A stretch of DNA of 64,000 nucleotides from assembly GCA_017608025.1 (NCBI GenBank), contig JAFCGM010000001.1, positions 78,885 to 142,884 of the forward strand. Reading direction: 5' to 3'. Under the pieces are notes generated by a model. The model was not told where the DNA came from, did no database searches, and saw nothing but the letters and a program-made list of their open reading frames with translations. Position 1 is the stretch's first letter. Every line of letters begins with the position of its first letter. The translations under genes and the position numbers were made by a program. The stretch comes from Candidatus Pacearchaeota archaeon (GTDB taxonomy: Archaea > Nanobdellota > Nanobdellia > UBA10117 > JABICX01). Shown here piece after piece: positions 48,631 through 55,409 of the stretch.

Positions 48631-48942
48631 TTATTTTAATTTATTAATAACGCCCGAGGTTTTTAATGTTTCGATTTTCACTTTTTTTACTAAAGAGAGA
48701 GCAATTTTTACATGGTTAACCCATTTTGAATTTACAGCAACAACTCCTTGTTGCTTGGTTTTGTTCCATGTTTCCTTTAGGAATGTTACTCCGGCTTTCG
48801 CGTAGCCGAACTCGCCTAGAAATGACAGACATGCTTTCATGACAATGTCTGAGATTTCATTTTTGTCTCTTTTATTTTTAGATTTCACTTCAAAGAGTAT
48901 ATAATGCTTTCGTTCTTTCAAAGTCGGCAGTAATGGTTTCAT
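48631..48942 (-). CDS. rnp2: RNase P subunit Pop5/Rpp14
   Basis: LLPTLKERKHYILF, FLGEFGYAKAG, TSG.I.KLK; start moved to ATG 48942. Confidence 0.9.
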   Translation of the reverse strand: MKPLLPTLKERKHYILFEVKSKNKRDKNEISDIVMKACLSFLGEFGYAKAGVTFLKETWNKTKQQGVVAVNSKWVNHVKIALSLVKKVKIETLKTSGVINKLK

Positions 48943-48949
48943 TGCTAAT

Positions 48950-49035
48950 CCTTTTCTTTCCCGAAAGAAAGGTCTGAACAAGTTCAGGCGCGAACTCTGT
49001 TCGTTTCTAAGCCTTACCCTAAAGAAAGGGTTCTT
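48950..49035 (+). repeat. Family-A hairpins with nested CT module
   Basis: ctttcccgaaagaaagg stem, module, second ccct...aggg stem. Confidence 0.65.
48974..49008 (+). mobile_element. CT-bounded two-hairpin micro-module, copy 6
   Basis: CTGAAC-aa-GTTCAG GC GCGAAC-tct-GTTCGT TTCT. Confidence 0.7.
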
Positions 49036-49119
49036 CCGAGAATATTACTTAAAATGAAAAAATCAGGGTTTTTAAAGGTTATTTGTACTTTTGTTCAAGC
49101 TTAGAATTGCTTATTTTAA

Positions 49120-49428
49120 TCATTTCCAGGAAAGATGGTCTGCGAGGTATTCTCCAGTAAAGTGTCCGCCAGTAAAACCACTTATCATTGAAATGTCTCC
49201 ATCAACAACTTCGTAAGCCGGAGTGTTGTATATAATTCTTTCTAGAATATCACTAACTGCTGTTACAGAAGTTCCTATTCCGATTTTTGCGAAAACTGCT
49301 GGGGCTGTTTTTTCAGAGAACACTGAACGTGCTTTCTTGCTTACAAATCCTACACCTATTCCTGTAAGATATCCAAGTCCGCCTTCCCATATAAATCGTC
49401 CAAAGAACTTTAAAGTTTCGTCATCCAT
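49120..49428 (-). CDS. Hypothetical Gly-rich membrane-associated protein
   Basis: 102-aa ORF with GxxxG repeats; TTTAAA about 25 bp upstream. Confidence 0.6.
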   Translation of the reverse strand: MDDETLKFFGRFIWEGGLGYLTGIGVGFVSKKARSVFSEKTAPAVFAKIGIGTSVTAVSDILERIIYNTPAYEVVDGDISMISGFTGGHFTGEYLADHLSWK

Positions 49429-49540
49429 TTCAATTAAATTATGTTAAAATTCCTTTAAAAATCTTATTGTTTTGTAATTACTAATTGGAAACGACTGATT
49501 TAAGCAGGATTTATATTTTAAAACAGGCATATAAATAATT

Positions 49541-49864
49541 ATGAAACTAAGACTGCCTACTTTCAGCGAAAGGATTGCAGGGATTTCTGTTCTGACAATG
49601 CTTGGAATTATTTTCTTTTCATGGCAAGAACTTTCACTTGTTGTTAATGTTATTTTCGTATTTTATGTCAGTGGAATGGTAAGCATGTTGATTTCAACAG
49701 GATTAATTTTGTTTTTTGAAAAAGAGTTTCCAGAATTCAAGGAATTTCTGTTTGTTGACAATTTAGGACCAATGAACTTTTCCCTTAGCCTTTTCACTGT
49801 GCTTTTGTTTGTAATTGGATTTATTTTAAGATACTGGATAATTAATTACTATTTGATTCCCTGA
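49541..49864 (+). CDS. Hypothetical membrane protein (3 TM)
   Basis: 107-aa hydrophobic ORF. Confidence 0.65.
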   Translation: MKLRLPTFSERIAGISVLTMLGIIFFSWQELSLVVNVIFVFYVSGMVSMLISTGLILFFEKEFPEFKEFLFVDNLGPMNFSLSLFTVLLFVIGFILRYWIINYYLIP

Positions 49865-49950
49865 GCCCTTTTGAAAAAAGCGTGAGCAGAAAAAACTATC
49901 TTATAATTATTTTCATATCAGAGCTCTTTTGGAAAAAGCGTTGGGAAACT
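49863..49950 (+). repeat. Two tandem short family-A hairpins
   Basis: gagcccttttgaaaaaagcgt and gagctcttttggaaaaagcgt. Confidence 0.7.
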
Positions 49951-50120
49951 TATTGTTCTTTTTTTGAAGCCCACTTTCTTTTTGCAGGGTTTCTCTTGAG
50001 TTTGAGAAGGTTTTTTTCGCATTTTGATGAGCAAAACCACAATATCTTACCGTTTTTCTTTATGAGCATTTTTCCAGTTCCTCTTGGAATCTCTTTTTTG
50101 CAAAAACTGCAGAATTCCAT
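49950..50120 (-). CDS. rpl24e: 50S ribosomal protein L24e, 56 aa (below the ORF-track cutoff)
   Basis: CSFCKKEIPRGTGKM...FCSSKCEKN...RNPAKRKWA. Confidence 0.95.
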   Translation of the reverse strand: MEFCSFCKKEIPRGTGKMLIKKNGKILWFCSSKCEKNLLKLKRNPAKRKWASKKEQ

Positions 50121-50374
50121 TATCTTCTGCCTCCTTTTAATGGAGATGCTTCAATTTCTGTTTGCGTTAAAAGCAAGTAATCTCCGACCTGAATCGGACC
50201 GAGAACATTCCTTCTCATAACTTTTCCAGAATCCTTTCCTTCCAAAACCTTGCACCGGACTTGGTATCCGCCTTTATGTCCAAGAGAACCGAGAACTTCA
50301 ATTACTTTGGCAGAAGACACGCTCTCTTGATGTTCCTCAAGTGTTTTTTTCTTTTTTTCTGCTCCTCGTGCCAT
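50120..50374 (-). CDS. rps28e: 30S ribosomal protein S28e
   Basis: AKVIEVLG...QVRCKVLEG...MRRNVLGPIQVGD.L.L..TE.EA. Confidence 0.93.
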   Translation of the reverse strand: MARGAEKKKKTLEEHQESVSSAKVIEVLGSLGHKGGYQVRCKVLEGKDSGKVMRRNVLGPIQVGDYLLLTQTEIEASPLKGGRR

Positions 50375-50422
50375 AGTTTTCTTCTAAATTTTTTGAAGAG
50401 ACCCACTCAACCGCGAAATCAG

Positions 50423-50459
50423 CTAGGGCTAAAGCCCAAGGCGGAACTATGTTCCTTCT
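50423..50459 (+). mobile_element. CT-bounded two-hairpin micro-module, copy 7
   Basis: CTaGGGCT-aa-AGCCCaAG GC GGAAC-tat-GTTCC TTCT, within a 138-bp structured gap between rpl7ae and rps28e. Confidence 0.7.
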
Positions 50460-50512
50460 GGCGCTTTCATCAGGCAGGTGTTAGTTTGATGCCTGATAAT
50501 GTTAAAGGTTTC

Positions 50513-51043
50513 TTATTTTTTGTCCTCCTCTTTCTCTTCAGGTTTCTTTTCCTCTGAAGCTTCTTCTTTGGATTCAGATTTTTCCTGTTTTTCTGTTTCA
50601 GATTCTTCAGGAGTTTTTTCTTGTTTTTTTGTTTCCTGTTTTTCTGAATCAGATTTTTCCTTTGGCTTTTCTTCTTTCTTTTCTTCAGGTGCAGAACCCT
50701 TCTTTAAAGTTTCAATTGACTTTAATACAGATATTAGTTGCTTTTTAGAGTCTCCTGCGTTTACAATTGAAACAGCAGCAGTTCCAACCGGAAGTCCGGC
50801 AGCAGTACCAAGCTCTGTTTTTGAAGGAACGATTACCAAAGGAATTTCCTTTTCCTTAGATAGAAGTGGAAAATGCATTGTGATTTCCTGGGGCTGAACA
50901 TCACTAGCTATTATAACAAGCTTTGCTTCAGCTTTTTCAATGCTTTTGGTAACTTCATTGGCACCTTTCCGTAGTTTGCCGTCTACCTTCACGCTCTCAA
51001 TGAGCTTGTAGACTTTTTCAGCTAATTCTTGTGGTATTTCCAT
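50513..51043 (-). CDS. rpl7ae: Ribosomal protein L7Ae with charged C-terminal tail
   Basis: GKLRKGANEVTKSIE, IASDVQP.EI, VPSK.ELG.AAGL; about 60-aa E/K tail. Confidence 0.95.
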   Translation of the reverse strand: MEIPQELAEKVYKLIESVKVDGKLRKGANEVTKSIEKAEAKLVIIASDVQPQEITMHFPLLSKEKEIPLVIVPSKTELGTAAGLPVGTAAVSIVNAGDSKKQLISVLKSIETLKKGSAPEEKKEEKPKEKSDSEKQETKKQEKTPEESETEKQEKSESKEEASEEKKPEEKEEDKK

Positions 51044-51089
51044 CCTTGGTCACCTTTGTTATGATTAAGTTAGTGAGTTTAAAAAGATT

Positions 51090-51114
51090 TCGCTGGCTTT
51101 TTCTAAAAGGGCTT
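51090..51114 (-). repeat. Short family-A hairpin
   Basis: Minus strand agcccttttagaaaaagccagcga. Confidence 0.6.
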
Positions 51115-51141
51115 ATTTGTGCATAAATATGATTTTATTTA

Positions 51142-51486
51142 TTATATAAAGATACTAAGGTAACTCGTTGAATTGTATTGTTCTGTAAGCAATGCTGGTT
51201 CAATTCCAATGCTTTCAAGAGAAGATATTATTGAACTAATTTTTGTGTCATTTCCGCGTATTGATATATTACATATGTCTGTTGGAGAATTTGTAGTTTT
51301 ATAATAACTGAGCTTAAAATCACTTATTGGATAATTAAGTGATTCTTCATCTTTTAATAATGCTACTTTACTTAAAGAAAGAAGTTCTGTTAATCCAATG
51401 ATTCCTCTTTCATCGTGAAAAATACAACGGCCGCAGTTTGTTGCTTCTTGAAGTTTTTTACCAGTATAAAAAATTATTGTGTTTGA
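51142..51486 (-). pseudogene. Startless 114-codon open frame directly after the gltX stop
   Basis: Stop-free from 51486 to TAA 51144-51142, in frame with gltX, no ATG. Confidence 0.45.
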
Positions 51487-53142
51487 TTATTTATGAGTAA
51501 AAATAAATTCCAGTTTGTCCTTTGATTTTTTCTCCAATCTGCAGAAGCCGAACCTTTCAAACTGGATAACTTCACCGACTTTTATATCTGAGCAGTTCTT
51601 CTCGCAAAGGCCTTTGGTCTTTGTGCCGTCTGTCATTAATATTTCTGCTTTGAGATTTGAATCTGGAACCCAATGTATTTTCTGAGTTGAATGTTTTACT
51701 TGATTATCAGTTATTTTTGCTTTTTTATTTAGAATTACATTTGTCAGGTCTTTTAATCGAGTTTCTTTGCCTTTGTTTTTAATGAAATCTTTTTTATTTA
51801 CATAGACAATGTCATTCACTTTTATTTTTCTTTTTGCTTTTTTGTCTGGGTGAAGTGGGATTTCCGCAGTTTTTTTGTGCTTTCCAACAAGCTCTATTTT
51901 TACTGGATTTTTTACAAAGAAATAACGGTTGCATTCTTTGTCAAGGAACTTTCGGTTAATTGATGACAAAAGAGTTTCATCAATTGGAGTAGGGGTTTTT
52001 GAAAGCCCGACTTTTTTCGCAAGCTCGTAAAAGGTTTCTTTTACAAATCCCCGCCTTTCAAGTGCTGAGAGTGTTGGGAGTGTAGGATGATTCCAAGGAA
52101 GTCCTTTTTCTTCAACAAGCTTTCGAAGATATCTGCCAGAGGATTTTTCAAGACCTACAACATCAAATCTTCCATATTGAATATAGGTTTTTTCCCTAAA
52201 TCCAAGGAGTTTTGACAGGTATTTTTGGAGTTCTATTCTTTCATTTCCAAATTCTATGCTTCTCATAACATGAGTCACTTTAGTGTACTCTTCCTCGCAG
52301 ACAGATTCAAAATCATAAAGAGGCCAGACATTAAATTTGTTGCCTTGGCGATAGTGTTTTGAATAGTTTATTCTGAATAAAGAAGGGTCTCTTAATACGT
52401 AATTTTTTGATTTAATATTTCCTTTTAACCTAAGAGAGCATTCACCTTCTTTGTATTTTCCTGAAAGCATTTTTTTCCACAAATTTTCTGTTTCTTTTAC
52501 AGATGTTTTTGAGCAAGCGCAGGATTTTCCTTGTTTTCTAAAGTTTGAAATTGTCTCTCGGTTGCAGAAGCAGACATACGCCTTGTTCTTTTTAATGAGT
52601 TTTTCAGCATCTTTATACATTTTTTCAATATCGTCTGAAGCAAATATTGTTTTGCTAGGCTTTATTTTTAGATAATCAATAATTCCGTGCTTAAATGAAT
52701 TGACAAACTCTTGCTTATCTTTGTCTGGATTTGTGTCATCAAATCGAAGAACGCATTTTCCATTGTATTCCTTTGCATAAATATAATTTATTAAGAAAGA
52801 TATTGCATGTCCTGCTGTCATGAATTTGCTTGGTCCTGGCGGAATTCTGGTTACAACTTTTCCCTTTTCAGCATTAGGTATTTTTGCAAGGCCTTTCTCC
52901 TTTTTTTTCTGAACTAGAATTTCTGGAAATTTTGACTTTATTCTACTTTTTTGTTTTGAAAATGAAAGAGAATTGATCTTTTTTACAGTACTGATAATTT
53001 TTGGCATTACACTTTTTATTTTTTCTTTGGAAATTATTTTGTTTCCAAGGAGCTTTCCCAAAACTGCCTTTTCATTTGCTTTTCCATTATGCGCGAATGC
53101 ATTTTCCAAAGCAAATTTTTCAATAGAATCTTTAAATTTCAT
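51487..53142 (-). CDS. gltX: Glutamyl-tRNA synthetase, archaeal type
   Basis: ALENA..H.GKA, VVTR.PP.PS, LRFDDTNP, WPLYDF, THVMRS.EF, QFERFGF. Confidence 0.93.
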   Translation of the reverse strand: MKFKDSIEKFALENAFAHNGKANEKAVLGKLLGNKIISKEKIKSVMPKIISTVKKINSLSFSKQKSRIKSKFPEILVQKKKEKGLAKIPNAEKGKVVTRIPPGPSKFMTAGHAISFLINYIYAKEYNGKCVLRFDDTNPDKDKQEFVNSFKHGIIDYLKIKPSKTIFASDDIEKMYKDAEKLIKKNKAYVCFCNRETISNFRKQGKSCACSKTSVKETENLWKKMLSGKYKEGECSLRLKGNIKSKNYVLRDPSLFRINYSKHYRQGNKFNVWPLYDFESVCEEEYTKVTHVMRSIEFGNERIELQKYLSKLLGFREKTYIQYGRFDVVGLEKSSGRYLRKLVEEKGLPWNHPTLPTLSALERRGFVKETFYELAKKVGLSKTPTPIDETLLSSINRKFLDKECNRYFFVKNPVKIELVGKHKKTAEIPLHPDKKAKRKIKVNDIVYVNKKDFIKNKGKETRLKDLTNVILNKKAKITDNQVKHSTQKIHWVPDSNLKAEILMTDGTKTKGLCEKNCSDIKVGEVIQFERFGFCRLEKKSKDKLEFIFTHK

Positions 53143-54182
53143 GCTAATTCAGGGTATGCTTTTTTCAGCAGAAGTTTGTTTTTGTTTAGCCTATTTCTGA
53201 CTTTAGATATTATGGCTTCAAGTTCTTCTGCAAGGGAGTTTTTCAGGTCCATTGGATGTATTTTTCCCTGAGAAAATGACTTTTGCAATTCTGAAAATGT
53301 TTTGAAAGTTACATTTCCTCCGAATTTTTCTGGCCGTTTTATTAGCAAGTTTCTTTTTTGATATTCCAGCATTGGGAAAACAACGAGCTCGAAAATATCA
53401 AGAACTGGATTATTTTTGGTTTCTCCTGCCTTGCAGAAAGCGTTTTTCACTTTTTTATATATTTCCTTTTTCGAATCAATTAAGGATATTTTTTTTCCAG
53501 AAGAGGAAGACATTTTTCCACCCATTTTATTTCCTTCAAGGTTTCCAATTAAAGGAGTGAAAATGCAAACCGGCTTTTGATGGCCAATTTGAGGCAATAG
53601 TTCGCGGCCGAGCATGTAAATTCCTCTTTGGTCAACTCCAGAGAAGGCAATGTCTGCCTTTAGTGCAATTATGTCTTCGATTTGCATGAATGGATAAAAG
53701 AAGCCACCCATTTTCGGGGCGTTTCCAAATCGAACAACTTCAGAGGTTGCTCTTTTTGTTCTTTTTAGAGTTACGAGATTGCTCATTTGCAGAATGTCAA
53801 GCCAATATTGCTTGCTGAATTCAAAATCAGAACCCTTGACCATTTTAATTTTTGACTCGTTTATTCCAAGGACTGAGAGAACTGCTTTTATGATTTCAAT
53901 ATATATTTTTGCGCGTGCGTCGAGAAGGTTCCACGGAGCCTTTTTATCATCAAGATATGCGTGAAGGTTTGCAGCCATAAATGTGAAGTCAATTCCAGAA
54001 GAAATTAAATCTCCTATTTTAAAGATAGGAACCAAATGACCGATGTGGAGCATTCCTGAAGTGGCATATCCCATGTATGCTTTTGGCTTTTTGTTTGATT
54101 TCAGAAGAGCCTGGAGTTCAGCTTCCTCAACAATTTCAAGAGTGTTTCTTTTTATTTTTTCAAGCTTTTCTTTTAGATTCAT
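53139..54182 (-). CDS. tyrS: Tyrosyl-tRNA synthetase, archaeal type
   Basis: AY.G...SG.LHIGH, YP.MQ..D, G.DQR, KMSSS, IHPMDLK. Confidence 0.95.
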   Translation of the reverse strand: MNLKEKLEKIKRNTLEIVEEAELQALLKSNKKPKAYMGYATSGMLHIGHLVPIFKIGDLISSGIDFTFMAANLHAYLDDKKAPWNLLDARAKIYIEIIKAVLSVLGINESKIKMVKGSDFEFSKQYWLDILQMSNLVTLKRTKRATSEVVRFGNAPKMGGFFYPFMQIEDIIALKADIAFSGVDQRGIYMLGRELLPQIGHQKPVCIFTPLIGNLEGNKMGGKMSSSSGKKISLIDSKKEIYKKVKNAFCKAGETKNNPVLDIFELVVFPMLEYQKRNLLIKRPEKFGGNVTFKTFSELQKSFSQGKIHPMDLKNSLAEELEAIISKVRNRLNKNKLLLKKAYPELA

Positions 54183-54378
54183 ATTATTAAAAACAAAGCA
54201 GAGAAATAAAAAGTTTTGCTATCAATTGAATTTTTCCAAAAAATTAACTACTGCAAAGAAATTAATATTTTATTTTTTATAACTAATATTAATCACAAAA
54301 GATTGTAGGATGTAAAAGTGTAAAGATACTCGCGCGAGTCGCCCATCATCAAGTTGAAGGTAACCTAAATAATAAATA

Positions 54379-55083
54379 TTACCTGCAATCCACTGCTTTT
54401 ACATATTTTCTGGCAATTTGGGCAAGCTCTTCTGCTTCTTCCTCTGAAAAGCTTTTTTCGCTGTTGTAAGTAGGATTTAAGCAGTTTCCTGGCTTGAATC
54501 TTTGAAGAAAGTATTTTTTACTGCCTTTTATCCACTTTGCAATTTTTTCAATGTCTTTTTTTGAATGATGCTTTGGAAGAATTGTTGTTCTAAATTCATA
54601 TTCTTGAGCCAGTTTTTTTATTACTTCAATGCTTGCTTCTATTTTGGAAATATCAACTGGAATTCCTGCGGTTTTAAAGTATTTTTCTTTGCAGTTTTTG
54701 ATATCCATTGCTACATAATCAACCAGTTTTTTACTTAAGATTTTTTCAAGAATTTTAGGAGCTGAGCCATTTGAGTCAAGCTTTACTAAAAAACCTTCTT
54801 TTTTCAGAAGTTTAAGCATTGGAATTAATTTAGGGAACATTGTGGGTTCCCCGCCAGTTATTTCAACTGCATCAATCCATTTTTTTCTTTTCTTTAAGTC
54901 AGAAAGGATTTCATAAAAATCAAGGTCATTATATTCTTCTGGATGCATTACAATGTGGCTGTTGTGGCAGTAAGGGCATTTGAAATTGCAGCCAGGAGTG
55001 AATATTATTGAAACAATTTTGCCTGGCCATTCAACCATGCTGCTTCGTTCATATCCTTTTACAAGAATCTCTTTATATTTCAT
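54379..55083 (-). CDS. nrdG: Anaerobic ribonucleotide reductase activase (radical SAM)
   Basis: GCNFKCPYCHN, ITGGEPT, KLDSNG, DYVAMDIK, YEFRTT. Confidence 0.93.
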   Translation of the reverse strand: MKYKEILVKGYERSSMVEWPGKIVSIIFTPGCNFKCPYCHNSHIVMHPEEYNDLDFYEILSDLKKRKKWIDAVEITGGEPTMFPKLIPMLKLLKKEGFLVKLDSNGSAPKILEKILSKKLVDYVAMDIKNCKEKYFKTAGIPVDISKIEASIEVIKKLAQEYEFRTTILPKHHSKKDIEKIAKWIKGSKKYFLQRFKPGNCLNPTYNSEKSFSEEEAEELAQIARKYVKAVDCR

Positions 55084-55093
55084 ATTAACATGA

Positions 55094-55390
55094 TTAGTTT
55101 GTGAGATTGTTAATTGTTTTTTCAGATTTTTCAGCTGAATGGCTGTTTGGTTTAAGGAGATTGTGCAGCTGCTTTGATGTTATATTGTAAAACACGCTGT
55201 ATTCATCAGGTTTCTGCTTGAATTTTAAGCTGCTAACTCCGTATTTTTTTAATTCTATTTGGAATTCTCTTGCTTTTAAGTCCGAGTCTGTGTTTATTCC
55301 GCACATGTATTCTCCATTGACATTTGCTGGAGAATGCACTATATATCCTTTTTCTTCAAGTTTGTGCATGTATTCTTGTAGTTCTTTCAT
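55094..55390 (-). CDS. Hypothetical protein between nrdD and nrdG
   Basis: 98-aa ORF with 10-19 bp gaps to its neighbours. Confidence 0.6.
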   Translation of the reverse strand: MKELQEYMHKLEEKGYIVHSPANVNGEYMCGINTDSDLKAREFQIELKKYGVSSLKFKQKPDEYSVFYNITSKQLHNLLKPNSHSAEKSEKTINNLTN

Positions 55391-55409
55391 TTAACAATAA
55401 AGTAAAAAA

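Noticed and set aside
48943-48981. N-terminal extension of Pop5
   Set aside because: It derives from a repeat element; the family start is MKPLLP.
42274-49008. Inversion caused by recombination between CT modules 5 and 6
   Set aside because: They are in direct, not inverted, orientation and share only short identity.
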